Assembly: GCA_035537335.1 (NCBI GenBank)
Contig: DATLMM010000063.1
Span: 1,576-65,575, forward strand
DNA from: Sphingomicrobium sp.
GTDB lineage: Bacteria > Pseudomonadota > Alphaproteobacteria > Sphingomonadales > Sphingomonadaceae
DNA length: 64,000 nucleotides
Direction: 5' to 3'
Shown here: piece by piece, positions 28,735 to 38,215 of the stretch
How positions within the stretch are numbered: the first letter of the stretch is position 1
How the letters are laid out: every line of letters begins with the position of its first letter
Made by a program: the position numbers and the translations under genes
The notes under the pieces: generated by a model
The model's input: only the letters and a program-made list of their open reading frames with translations
What the model was told of the DNA's origin: nothing
Database searches by the model: none

Positions 28735-30624
28735 CTACCACCCGCACTGCTTGCCGGCGTTCTGCTCTTCCAGCCACTTCTGCAGAGGCGCGAAATATTC
28801 CAGCATCGGGCGTCCGGACATCTCACGCGAGCCGGTGAAGGCTTGCAGCGCATCGGGCCAGGGCTTGGACGCGCCCATCTCCAGCATCGCGTTCAGCCGC
28901 TGACCGACCTCCTTGTTGCCGTAGAAGGAGCAGCGGTGCAGCGGACCCTTCCACCCGGCCATGTCGCACGCCGCCTTGTAGAACTGGAACTGCAGGATGC
29001 GGGCAAGGAAGTAGCGGGCGTAGGGCGTGCTAGCCGGGATGTGGTACTTGGCGCCCGGATCGAAGTCCGCCTCGGTCCGCTGACCCGGCGGGGTAATGCC
29101 CTGATACTGGAGGCGCAGCTGGTTCCAGCCGGCGTTGTACTGCTGGGGCGTGATCGAACCGTCGAACACGCCCCAGCGCCACTTGTCGACCATGAGGCCG
29201 AACGGCAGGAACGCCACCTTGTCCATTGCCTGGCGGAGCAGCAGGCCGGTATCCTTGGACGCGTCCGGGACCTTGTTGCGATCAAGCAGGCCGATCTGCA
29301 CGAGATACTCCGGCGTCACGGACAGAGCGATGAAGTCGCCAATCGCCTCGTGGAAGCCGTCGTTGGCGCCGTTCAGGTAGAGATACGGCTGCTGATTGTA
29401 GGCGCGCTGGTAGTAGTTGTGGCCAAGCTCGTGATGGATGGTCACGAAATCGTCCCCGTTGACCTTGGTGCACATCTTGATGCGCAGGTCGTTCTTGTTG
29501 TCGAGGTCCCAGGCCGACGCGTGGCAAACGACTTCGCGCCCTTCCGGACGGACGATCTGAGAACGCTGGTAGAAAGTCGCCGGCAGCGGCTGTAGCCCGA
29601 GGGAGGTGTAGAAGCCTTCGCCGATACGGACCATGTCCTCCGGCGTCTTCTTCTTGGCCTTCAGCAACTCCGTCACGTCGTAGCCGACATCGCCGGCACC
29701 GGCCGGCGCGACCAGGTCGTAAATATTTCCCCATTCCTGCGCCCACATGTTGCCTAGCAGGTCGGCGCGGATCGGGCCGCTGTTGGGCTGCACCGCATTG
29801 CCATACTTCTGGTTGAGCTTGGCGCGGGTAAAGCAGTGAAGCTGATTGTATAGCGGCTTAACCTCGGCCCACAGCCGGTCGTACATGCCGGAGAACTCCT
29901 GCGGGGTCATGTCGTACTGCGACCGCCACATGGCGCCGCTGTCCTGGTAGCCGAGGTCCTTGGCACCAGCATTGGCGAGCTCGACCAGCCGGGTATAGTC
30001 GGCGCGCATCGGTCGCCCGACATTATTGTGCCAGCTGGTCCAGACTTCCTGAGTCTTCCGGGGATCGCGCAGCGTGCCCATCGCTTCCTCGGCATCGTCA
30101 CCGGTGATGGTCTTGCCGTTAAGCTGAGCGCGGCCCTTGCCGTACGTCGATTGCAGGCGCGTCGCAATGGTGTTGAGCTCGGCCGCGGCACCGGGCGTGG
30201 AAGGCGCCGCGAGCACCAGGGCACCGCGGAGGATGTTAAGCTTGCGCGCCGTATCCGGATCGAGGCCCTGCACCTGAGCGAAGCGGGCCGCCTCCTTGGC
30301 GTAACGTACACCCTTTTCGGTTCCGATCGTTCCGAAGTAAGCCGCAAGGGCGTCCGTATCGTCGGTAATGTAGGTGGAATTAACCCACTGCGCGCGGCTG
30401 GAGATGGTCGAAAGATCGAACAAGTCCTTCTCGACCTCCGCAATGAACTGCCGCGCCCCCTCCGACGTGGAGGGGTACACTGACGCGGGCGGGGCATCGG
30501 TCGTGCCGGGCGTGTCGTTCTGCGATACGGCCAGCGGAGCAGCCGCCGTGCTGTCGCCACTGGCCGTGGTCATGCAGCCGGCAAGGGCGAGGGCGAGCAG
30601 GGAAACGGAAGCGGCCAATTTCAT
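28735..30624 (-). CDS. M2 family metallopeptidase (ACE-like peptidyl-dipeptidase), lipoprotein
   Basis: Lipobox LAGC; HHELGH zinc motif plus EAIGD third ligand; LLGNMWAQ, FDPGAKYHI, LQFQF. Confidence 0.93.
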   Translation of the reverse strand: MKLAASVSLLALALAGCMTTASGDSTAAAPLAVSQNDTPGTTDAPPASVYPSTSEGARQFIAEVEKDLFDLSTISSRAQWVNSTYITDDTDALAAYFGTIGTEKGVRYAKEAARFAQVQGLDPDTARKLNILRGALVLAAPSTPGAAAELNTIATRLQSTYGKGRAQLNGKTITGDDAEEAMGTLRDPRKTQEVWTSWHNNVGRPMRADYTRLVELANAGAKDLGYQDSGAMWRSQYDMTPQEFSGMYDRLWAEVKPLYNQLHCFTRAKLNQKYGNAVQPNSGPIRADLLGNMWAQEWGNIYDLVAPAGAGDVGYDVTELLKAKKKTPEDMVRIGEGFYTSLGLQPLPATFYQRSQIVRPEGREVVCHASAWDLDNKNDLRIKMCTKVNGDDFVTIHHELGHNYYQRAYNQQPYLYLNGANDGFHEAIGDFIALSVTPEYLVQIGLLDRNKVPDASKDTGLLLRQAMDKVAFLPFGLMVDKWRWGVFDGSITPQQYNAGWNQLRLQYQGITPPGQRTEADFDPGAKYHIPASTPYARYFLARILQFQFYKAACDMAGWKGPLHRCSFYGNKEVGQRLNAMLEMGASKPWPDALQAFTGSREMSGRPMLEYFAPLQKWLEEQNAGKQCGW

Positions 30625-30688
30625 GGGCTTGAACCTCAAAGGCTGATTGTTCGCGTGGGCAGCGGACTGCGACACTGTCACTGAACCG

Positions 30689-31447
30689 TCAAGAGGAGAG
30701 GAAACGAACCAGCGCGTCGCCGAACGCCCCTTCCGCCACCGAGCTCATGTGCGTGCCCGACACCTCCTCGTAGCGCGCATTGGGCAGTGCTACCGCCAGC
30801 TTGGGCGCGGAGCCATTGTCATGGTCGTCCGCGCCGCACAGCACCAAGGTCGGCATGGTGAATGACGCCAGCCAGTCGGACGTCGCGTCCTCGAACGTAC
30901 CTAGGAGCAGCTGCGCGGCTTCGCGATCGACCTTCATTGTCTTCATGAACTGGATCGCCATCCAGTGCCGGTCGCCGCGCCTGGCCGTGTCGTAGACTGC
31001 GATAGCTTCGAGGAAGAAGTCCTTGCGCTTAAGCCAGCCGCCCAAGCCTTCCAGCCCCATGCCGGCCAGCACGGCGCGGCGTGGTGCAAGCCCCTCCCCA
31101 ACGCCCTGCACCGCAGTGCGCGAACCCAGCGAAAAGCCGGCTAGGTCGAAGTCGGTCAGCTGCAGGTGCGCTACGAGCTCGCGGAGGTCGCGGGCCAGGA
31201 TGCCGCGCGGGTAGCAGGCAGGATGGTGTGGCTTGCCCGAGAGTCCATGGGCGCGAAGGTCGGGCATGATAACTCGAAAGCCAGCGTCGGCCAGCTTCTG
31301 GGCGTGGCCGAACTTGATCCAATTCATCTGCGCATCGGAGAAGAGACCGTGCAAAAGGATGGCGGGTCGACCCTGACCGAGCTCCCGCCAGGCGAGTTCG
31401 ACCCCGTCGGACGCGGTCCAGTGGTGGGTGGCGGCGGCGGCGCTCAC
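30689..31447 (-). CDS. Alpha/beta hydrolase
   Basis: LLHG, DLRAHGLS, GFSLG nucleophile elbow, C-terminal His. Confidence 0.9.
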   Translation of the reverse strand: MSAAAATHHWTASDGVELAWRELGQGRPAILLHGLFSDAQMNWIKFGHAQKLADAGFRVIMPDLRAHGLSGKPHHPACYPRGILARDLRELVAHLQLTDFDLAGFSLGSRTAVQGVGEGLAPRRAVLAGMGLEGLGGWLKRKDFFLEAIAVYDTARRGDRHWMAIQFMKTMKVDREAAQLLLGTFEDATSDWLASFTMPTLVLCGADDHDNGSAPKLAVALPNARYEEVSGTHMSSVAEGAFGDALVRFLSS

Positions 31448-31587
31448 GCGCGCGGCAACATGGACAACATGGACACCACGTCCCCTCTCTCTTCGCCCCT
31501 GCCGCAGAAATTGGCGGAGTGTAGGCTGGGAGCGATGTTGAGGAGCAGCATGTGCAGCCGAATGGCAGCCGCTATCCTACTTTGCAA

Positions 31588-32040
31588 TCAGCTCGGTGGC
31601 GGCTCCGCGCCTGCTTTCCGCCAGCGATCCTGCAGCGACTCGTAGGCATCGCTGCGCATCTCCGGCAAGCCATCCGTGTCGAGCCAGGCCCGGTGCATGC
31701 TTTCTGCGCCGAAGTGGCTTTGGGGCGTGAAGATCGAGGGATCGTCGAACGCTGCAACGGTCAGGTCCATCTTTTCCGTACCTTCGTCGTAGCGAAAGCC
31801 GAGCGACGTACCGCAAACCGAGCAAAACGGCCGTTCCGCGATCGGCGAGCTGCGGTACCAGTCGGGTTCGCGGCTCCAGCGCACGTCCTCCTGCCTCACG
31901 CCGACCATTGCCAGGCTGACGTTACCGCTCGCTCGCTGACACATGCGGCAATGGCAGAGATAGGCATGTGGCTGCTCAGGCAGTGTCGCATCGAAGCGAA
32001 TGCGGCCGCAGGCGCAGCCGCCGGTGTGGTGCTCTTGCAT
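31588..32040 (-). CDS. GFA (CENP-V) family protein
   Basis: GGCACG, CHCRMC, FCSVCG zinc-binding pattern. Confidence 0.9.
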   Translation of the reverse strand: MQEHHTGGCACGRIRFDATLPEQPHAYLCHCRMCQRASGNVSLAMVGVRQEDVRWSREPDWYRSSPIAERPFCSVCGTSLGFRYDEGTEKMDLTVAAFDDPSIFTPQSHFGAESMHRAWLDTDGLPEMRSDAYESLQDRWRKAGAEPPPS

Positions 32041-32047
32041 CAGATGA

Positions 32048-32132
32048 CCGTCGCCCCGGACTTGATCCGGAGTCTGCCTTTCCCATGCAACACAAGAAGG
32101 AAGGCGGATGCCGCGTCAAGCCGGGCATGGGC
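32048..32132. repeat. REP-like palindromic element
   Basis: Arms CCGTCGCCCCGGACTTGATCCGGAGTCTGCCTT and AAGGCGGATGCCGCGTCAAGCCGGGCATGGGC are imperfect reverse complements; intergenic. Confidence 0.65.
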
Positions 32133-32139
32133 AAAGGCT

Positions 32140-33168
32140 CTAAGCCGCCTTCTGTAGGTGCCGTCGCCCGAGCAGCTCCGCGATCTGCACCGCGTTCAGC
32201 GCGGCGCCCTTGCGCAGGTTGTCGCTGACAACCCACAGCGACAGGCCGCTATCCACGGTAGGATCCTCGCGCACCCGCGAAACAAAGGTCGCATAATCGC
32301 CGACGCACTCGACCGGGGTGACGTAGCCGCCGTCCTCGCGTTTATCGACCAGCATGACGCCAGGCGCCTCACGCAGGATGTCCTGTGCTTCCTTGGCAGA
32401 GATGTCTCGCTCGAACTCGACGTTGATGCTTTCGGAATGACCGACGAAAACCGGCACGCGGACGCATGTGGCAGTGACCTTTATGCGCGTATCCAGAATT
32501 TTCTTGGTCTCTACCACCATCTTCCACTCCTCCTTGGTCGATCCGTCGTCGAGGAAATCGTCGATGTGCGGGATGACGTTGAAGGCGATCTGCTTGGTGA
32601 ACTTGGCTGGCGCGGTCGGGTCGCCAACGAAGATATTCCGGCTCTGCTCGAACAGCTCGTCCATGCCCTGCTTGCCCGCGCCGGATACCGACTGGTAGGT
32701 CGAGACCACCACCCGCTTGATCCCGGCGACATCATGGAGCGGCTTAAGCGCGACTACCATCTGGGCGGTGGAGCAATTCGGGTTGGCGATGATATTCTTC
32801 GCCCGGTACCCGGCGATGGCTTCCGAATTGACCTCCGGGACGATCAACGGAACATCAGGATCCATCCGGTAGAGCGATGAATTGTCGATCACCGTGCATC
32901 CCGCCGCAGCGGCACGGGGCGCGTGGAGCCTGCTGCCTTCCGAGCCGATGGCGAACAAGGCCATGTCGAAGCCTTCGAAGTCGAAGTGTTCGAGGTTCTT
33001 GACCTTGAGCTCTTCGCCCGAGTCCCCGAAATCTATGATGTCGCCGGTCGAACGGGCGCTGGCGACGGCTGCGACCTCGTCGAGCGGAAACTGCCGCTCA
33101 GCCAGGATCTGCAGCATCTCGCGTCCGACATTCCCCGTCGCACCAACAACGGCGATCCGATAACCCAT
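32140..33168 (-). CDS. asd: Aspartate-semialdehyde dehydrogenase
   Basis: VGATGNVG, NPNCST catalytic Cys, STYQSVSGAG, DNLRKGAALN. Confidence 0.97.
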   Translation of the reverse strand: MGYRIAVVGATGNVGREMLQILAERQFPLDEVAAVASARSTGDIIDFGDSGEELKVKNLEHFDFEGFDMALFAIGSEGSRLHAPRAAAAGCTVIDNSSLYRMDPDVPLIVPEVNSEAIAGYRAKNIIANPNCSTAQMVVALKPLHDVAGIKRVVVSTYQSVSGAGKQGMDELFEQSRNIFVGDPTAPAKFTKQIAFNVIPHIDDFLDDGSTKEEWKMVVETKKILDTRIKVTATCVRVPVFVGHSESINVEFERDISAKEAQDILREAPGVMLVDKREDGGYVTPVECVGDYATFVSRVREDPTVDSGLSLWVVSDNLRKGAALNAVQIAELLGRRHLQKAA

Positions 33169-33225
33169 TTCATGCTCCAATCCGCGAGAGGCTGCCGATA
33201 TGGGATGGGCCTCCGGCTTGTCCAG

Positions 33226-34161
33226 CTAGGACGCCATATGCTCGCGGGCAGAAGTCATGAGGGCGTGGCCAAGCTCCGTCAGATGGCCTCCCTGCTCGAT
33301 CACCTCGTTACCGGCGTGGAAATTGCGGCGATGCAAGACGAGATCAGCCCGAGCTGCCTCGGCTTGCTCGTCATCCAGAACTCCCACGCTCAGCAATCGC
33401 TGCAGCGTCTGGTGCATTCGAGCGATCACGTAGGTTGCGTGGATCACTCCGTCCATTGGCCGCGGGTCGGCGCGCAACGGCGAGTGGAAGAGTTCGTCGT
33501 CGGGACTGTCAGTGAGCGGACCGGAAGCGCAGAAGCCGAACAGCAGATTATGTCCGCTTTCGTGCGCAAGGGCCTGGGCGGTGTCGAGCACCGTCTTCTG
33601 CCCTCGTGCATTGAGCAGGATGGCGCCCCACAGCATGAAGCAGGAGGCGCCGTCGAAGGTCAGGGCCTTGGGATCTTCGGGTCCGGTCGCCACTACGATC
33701 TCTCGCAGCAGCGCCCGTATCTCGGCTGCAAGCTGCGGAAAGCCGCGGTCGAGCAGGTCGAATGCGTCATCGACCCTGCGCCGGCACTCGCCAAGGATCA
33801 CGGCATCGGGCGGCTCGGCCATCTCCGGCGTTGGTAAAAAAAGACGCCGGCAACGTTCGGCATGAGCCTGTGGGCGGTCGTCGATGGCCCCGACGTGAGC
33901 CCCGGTCGTCGGCACGGCCTCCTCATAGCCGGTCGACACCAGCTCGCGGGCGAGTTTTCTCGCCCGATCGAGCTGATCCTGTTCCAGCGCGAACACCAGA
34001 TCATAGTAGGTGCCGAAAAGCTGCGGCGACTGCGGCTGCGCCCGAACAGACGCGACCGTCTGCGCGATCTGCTCACGACCTAAAGCGAGAGGTTCACCGA
34101 CCTGACCGCATAGGTAATCGAGACTGTCCGCAAGCCGGTCACGCATGCGCTGATCGAGCAT
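33226..34161 (-). CDS. HExxH-motif protein (aKG-HExxH-type peptide-modifying oxygenase candidate); may start at CTG 34224
   Basis: FDGASCFMLWGAILLN, LAHESGHNLL, SPLRADPRPMDGVIHATYV; frame stays open 21 codons upstream to a CTG 2 nt after the peptide's stop. Confidence 0.8.
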   Translation of the reverse strand: MLDQRMRDRLADSLDYLCGQVGEPLALGREQIAQTVASVRAQPQSPQLFGTYYDLVFALEQDQLDRARKLARELVSTGYEEAVPTTGAHVGAIDDRPQAHAERCRRLFLPTPEMAEPPDAVILGECRRRVDDAFDLLDRGFPQLAAEIRALLREIVVATGPEDPKALTFDGASCFMLWGAILLNARGQKTVLDTAQALAHESGHNLLFGFCASGPLTDSPDDELFHSPLRADPRPMDGVIHATYVIARMHQTLQRLLSVGVLDDEQAEAARADLVLHRRNFHAGNEVIEQGGHLTELGHALMTSAREHMAS

Positions 34162-34226
34162 GCGGCCGCGGTCGGCGCTCGGCTCAAACGTAGGAGCCGA
34201 TAGGATGTCGACGGCGGTGGCCAGCT

Positions 34227-34409
34227 TCAGGCTTTGAGCCCGAGCTTCGCCCCGATCTTCACGCCAAGCTTGTTGCCGACCTTGGCGCCAACCTTCGCTT
34301 CAAGCTTGCCCGTGGTCTCGTTGCGGATGGATGGGCGATGCTCAACAATCTGGTCAAACCCAAGCAGGCGGTTCCAGTCTAGCTTTGCAGAGACGTTTTC
34401 CCTGTTCAT
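34227..34409 (-). CDS. 60-aa putative RiPP precursor with (K-[LVI]-G-x)n core
   Basis: GGGAGA RBS 5 nt before ATG; MNRENVSAKLDWNRLLGFDQIVEHRPSIRNETTG-KLEA-KVGA-KVGN-KLGV-KIGA-KLGL-KA. Confidence 0.75.
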   Translation of the reverse strand: MNRENVSAKLDWNRLLGFDQIVEHRPSIRNETTGKLEAKVGAKVGNKLGVKIGAKLGLKA

Positions 34410-34504
34410 ACAATTCTCCCTGTCAGACGGCATGCTGCCCTTGCGACTCGTTATCTTAACGTTAATCTCTGCTCGGGACAATCGGCTTGTACGGGGGAGC
34501 GGCC

Positions 34505-35536
34505 TTGATCCTAATCGTCACCACGCGAGAGCACCGCTACACGCATGAGGGGCTGGCTGCCGAAACTGGTGTAGCCATGCGGGTCGTGACCTATGACGAA
34601 CTACTCCGGCGCAGGAAGCTTTTTGGCGCTACCCACATCTTCACCGATGTCGACCGCCTCCCTTCCTGGCGCGTTCACGAGGCGGCCTTGCTGTACCGCG
34701 ACCTCAAGAAGGCAGGCATTAGGGTCTTGAACGACCCCGCACGAATGCTTGGGCGCTTCGGATTACTTCGCGCACTCAACCGGTCCGGCATGAACAGCTT
34801 CGATGCGTATCGGGCGGAGGAGCTCGAGCGGCCGCGGAGGTGGCCGGTTTTCCTGCGGACGGAAGGAGACCACCGCTTCCCGGTGTCCGGCCTGCTCCAC
34901 AGCCAGGCAGAGCTGGACGAAGCACTAAGGAGCAGCGTTGATGTTGGAGTTCCGCACAGCGCCTTGCTGATCATCGAATATGCAGCCGAGCCGGTGCGTC
35001 CCGGACTTTTCCGCAAGCTGTCTATGTTCCGAGTTGGCGAGCGACTGCTTGGCTACACCTGCGTCCATGACGACCAGTGGCTGGTCAAATATGGCAAGCC
35101 GGGGATCGCCCCGCCCGAACTGTATGAAGAAGAATATTCAATCGTCGCGAACAATCCGTTTGCGGACGCCATCCTCCCGGCCTTTGAAATCGCCGGCATC
35201 GAGTATGGCAGGGTGGACTTCGCCGTGGTGGCCGGAAGGCCGGTCATCTACGAGATCAACAGCAATCCCAACGTGCAGCTTAAGCCGCCCGCCAGCCCCG
35301 CTACTCGGCGCAACGAGAGCACAGAATTGTTCCGGCTTAATTATCTGGACGCGATGAGTGCGATTGACAGCGGTCCTTCCGCGAGCCTGGGTCTGCACTT
35401 TGCCCTGCTCGCACAACGGGCGAGCGCCGCCCCAGGGAAGGCGAACCGTGCGGTCCGCAGTTGGCATCAGAAATTGCGGGCGGTGTTCAAGAACAACGGC
35501 AAGCGTAGCAGCGTCGGCCCGCAGCCAACCAGCTAG
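34505..35536 (+). CDS. ATP-grasp fold protein
   Basis: GGGGAG RBS before TTG; RVLNDP, WPVFLR, LLIIEY, YGRVDF..VIYEINSNP (D...ExN metal-binding end of ATP-grasp). Confidence 0.7.
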   Translation: MILIVTTREHRYTHEGLAAETGVAMRVVTYDELLRRRKLFGATHIFTDVDRLPSWRVHEAALLYRDLKKAGIRVLNDPARMLGRFGLLRALNRSGMNSFDAYRAEELERPRRWPVFLRTEGDHRFPVSGLLHSQAELDEALRSSVDVGVPHSALLIIEYAAEPVRPGLFRKLSMFRVGERLLGYTCVHDDQWLVKYGKPGIAPPELYEEEYSIVANNPFADAILPAFEIAGIEYGRVDFAVVAGRPVIYEINSNPNVQLKPPASPATRRNESTELFRLNYLDAMSAIDSGPSASLGLHFALLAQRASAAPGKANRAVRSWHQKLRAVFKNNGKRSSVGPQPTS

Positions 35537-35628
35537 TAAGCGACGAGGAAGGGGGCCTCCGCGGGCTCCGTTACTCAAGCGCTTGGCCTCGCGACCTCCC
35601 CCGCTTTTACGAGGGAGGTGCTTGCCTG

Positions 35629-36066
35629 TCAGGCCTCGGCGCTCTCGGTTTCCGGAGTGACAGACTCGGTCGCCGGAGCCGCCGCTTGGTTCTTGGCATT
35701 TAGGCGCGGGTCACGGCGTTCGGCGATGCGAGCCGATTTGCCGGTGCGGCCGCGCAGATAGTAGAGCTTGGCGCGGCGAACGGCACCGCGGCGCACGACA
35801 TCGATCGAGTCGAGCGACGGCGAGTAGAGCGGGAACACACGCTCGACGCCTTCGCCGAAGCTGATCTTGCGCACTGTAAAGTTGCTGTTGATGCCCTTGT
35901 TGGCGCGAGCGATGCACACGCCCTCGAAGTTCTGGACGCGGGTGCGTTCGCCTTCGATGACCTTGACGCCGACCCGCAGGGTGTCGCCAGGACGGAATTC
36001 GGGAATGGCACGGGCCTGGGTGAGCTCCGCGATCTGCTCGCGCTCGATGGTCTCGATGAGGTTCAT
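35629..36066 (-). CDS. rplS: 50S ribosomal protein L19
   Basis: [32 protein letters not shown]. Confidence 0.98.
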   Translation of the reverse strand: MNLIETIEREQIAELTQARAIPEFRPGDTLRVGVKVIEGERTRVQNFEGVCIARANKGINSNFTVRKISFGEGVERVFPLYSPSLDSIDVVRRGAVRRAKLYYLRGRTGKSARIAERRDPRLNAKNQAAAPATESVTPETESAEA

Positions 36067-36079
36067 GTCTTAAACAACC

Positions 36080-36802
36080 CTAGTCTTCGCGCCGCGCGCC
36101 AGAGGGCGGTGCCTGCCTTGCGCCCCCATGGCGCTCGATCAGGTCCGGCCGCCGTAGCCGTGTATCTTCCAGAGCGCGTTCGTGTCGCCACGCCGCGATC
36201 CTCGCATGATCCCCCGATCGCAGCACTTCGGGGATCGTGCGCCCTTCCCACGATGGAGGTCGGGTATAATGCGGATATTCGAGCAGCCCCTGTTCGAAGC
36301 TCTCTTCCTCTCCGCTGGAGGCCGCGCCCATTACGCCGGCAAGCAGGCGAACGCAAGCATCCAGCAGGACCATAGCGCCAAGCTCCCCGCCCGACAGGAC
36401 ATAATCGCCAATGCTGACCGGCTCCACCGGGCGCGCATCGAAGATGCGCTCGTCGAAGCCTTCGAACCGGCCGCACAGGATGATGGCGCCCTCGCCTGCC
36501 GCCAGTTCGCGCACTCGGGCCTGTGTCAGCGGTCTGCCGCGCGGGGTCATCGCCAGCATGGGCCGGCCGTCGGCTACGCTGTCCAATGCCGCCGCAAGGA
36601 TGTCGCAGCGCAGAACCATGCCAGCGCCGCCGCCGGCCGGCGTGTCGTCCACGCTGCGGTGCTTGTCGGTGGCGAAGTCGCGGATGCTGCGCGCGTCGAG
36701 CGACCACGCGCCCGCAGCCAGTGCCCTGCCAGCAAGGCTTGTGCCGAGCGGCCCCGGAAACATCTCCGGGTAGAGCGTAAGGACCGAAGCTCGGAACGTC
36801 AC
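36080..36802 (-). CDS. trmD: tRNA (guanine-N1)-methyltransferase
   Basis: [43 protein letters not shown]. Confidence 0.97.
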   Translation of the reverse strand: MTFRASVLTLYPEMFPGPLGTSLAGRALAAGAWSLDARSIRDFATDKHRSVDDTPAGGGAGMVLRCDILAAALDSVADGRPMLAMTPRGRPLTQARVRELAAGEGAIILCGRFEGFDERIFDARPVEPVSIGDYVLSGGELGAMVLLDACVRLLAGVMGAASSGEEESFEQGLLEYPHYTRPPSWEGRTIPEVLRSGDHARIAAWRHERALEDTRLRRPDLIERHGGARQAPPSGARRED

Positions 36803-37149
36803 CGGCTGGACTCCCCGTCCTGCGTGAGGAGGTCAAGGCCCCACGCAGTCACCAGTCCCACGAACAAGCTGACGACCGCCAACTGCACCGCGCCGGTGAA
36901 GACGGCGGCGCGGGCCAGGTCGGCCCAGCCATCTCCCGGACCTCTCACCACAAGCACTACGGCGATCACGACGCCAACAAAGATCAGCAACGGGGCGAGC
37001 GATGCTGCGATCAACCGACGCCGCATGGGCTGCCACCCCGGCCTGCGCTGGATCAGGAGAAAGAGGGCCCCAACCGTAAGCAGCACGGAGAAGATCGTCA
37101 GCCCAAGCCACGCTTCCCAACGCAGCACGAGAAACAACGTGTCGGTCAT
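36799..37149 (-). CDS. Small membrane protein (about 3 TM), hypothetical
   Basis: Three hydrophobic segments; stop overlaps trmD start (GTGA). Confidence 0.6.
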   Translation of the reverse strand: MTDTLFLVLRWEAWLGLTIFSVLLTVGALFLLIQRRPGWQPMRRRLIAASLAPLLIFVGVVIAVVLVVRGPGDGWADLARAAVFTGAVQLAVVSLFVGLVTAWGLDLLTQDGESSR

Positions 37150-37207
37150 TTTCTTCGCTTAGAGCAGTGCCCGCGGAACCGCCAAGCCTGCCGGGGATTG
37201 GCCGGGC

Positions 37208-38203
37208 ATGGCTTCCAACGCACCCACTGACTGCCTGATCATCGGCGGCGGCCCGGCCGGGCTCACTGCCGCCATCTATCTTTCCCGTTTCCTGCTCGAC
37301 ATCCAGGTGGTGGACGGCGGCAACAGCCGGGCGGCGTGGATCCCTTGCAGCCACAACCATGCCGGCTACCCCGATGGTATCAACGGGAAGGAACTGCTCC
37401 GACTAATGCGCGAGCAGGCACAGAAATATGGCGCGAAGATCGTCGACGGGCGCGTGACCCGGCTCGACCGCGACGAGAATGGCCTGTTCACCGCGGAATG
37501 GGGCAGCGGAGCCTATCGCGCGAAGAGCGTGCTTCTTGCGACCGGTCTCACGAACCGCCGCCCTCCGATCGACCCGGAGCTGCATGACGATGCGATGGCG
37601 CGCGGGCTGATCCGCTACTGCCCGATCTGCGATGGCTATGAGGTCACGGACAAGAAGGTGGGCGTGATCGGCTCGGGCAAGGGCGGAGTCGGCGAGGCGA
37701 TCTTCCTGCGAAGCTACACCGCGGACGTGACGCTGATCGCCCCGGATCGCGCCATGGAGATCAATGCGGACGAACGGGCACGCCTGGAGGCGGCAGGGGT
37801 AAGAACGGTGGACGGCCCCGCCGAGGCGGTCGGGGTAACCGGATCGTGCATCACCGTGGACACGGCCGAGGGGCTGCTGACCTTCGACAGCGTCTACCCC
37901 GCCCTGGGATCCGACACGCACACCACCCTGGGCGAGATGGTCGGCGCCAAGGTGGCCGACGATGGCTGCTTCCTGTGCGACGAGAAGATGCGGACCTCGG
38001 TCGAAGGTCTCTACGCGGCGGGCGACGTGGTCCACGGGCTCGACCAGATCAGCCACGCCATGGGCGAAGGCGGCCAGGCAGCGACGACGATCCGCAACGA
38101 TCTGGCGGCCAAGTCTCCGATCATGCGAGAGCCGTTGGAAGTGGAAGCTGCCGGCGAGACGGAGCGGGAGAGTATCGAGGTTGGGGACAGCGCGCCGGCC
38201 TAG
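37208..38203 (+). CDS. NAD(P)/FAD-dependent oxidoreductase, thioredoxin-reductase-like
   Basis: [22 protein letters not shown]; preceded by GGAAC-N16-GATT (37175-37199). Confidence 0.9.
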   Translation: MASNAPTDCLIIGGGPAGLTAAIYLSRFLLDIQVVDGGNSRAAWIPCSHNHAGYPDGINGKELLRLMREQAQKYGAKIVDGRVTRLDRDENGLFTAEWGSGAYRAKSVLLATGLTNRRPPIDPELHDDAMARGLIRYCPICDGYEVTDKKVGVIGSGKGGVGEAIFLRSYTADVTLIAPDRAMEINADERARLEAAGVRTVDGPAEAVGVTGSCITVDTAEGLLTFDSVYPALGSDTHTTLGEMVGAKVADDGCFLCDEKMRTSVEGLYAAGDVVHGLDQISHAMGEGGQAATTIRNDLAAKSPIMREPLEVEAAGETERESIEVGDSAPA

Positions 38204-38215
38204 GCAGGCAAACCC

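Noticed and set aside
34230-34307. CRISPR-like or VNTR reading of the 12-nt periodicity
   Set aside because: No spacers or cas genes; the variation pattern is codon-like.
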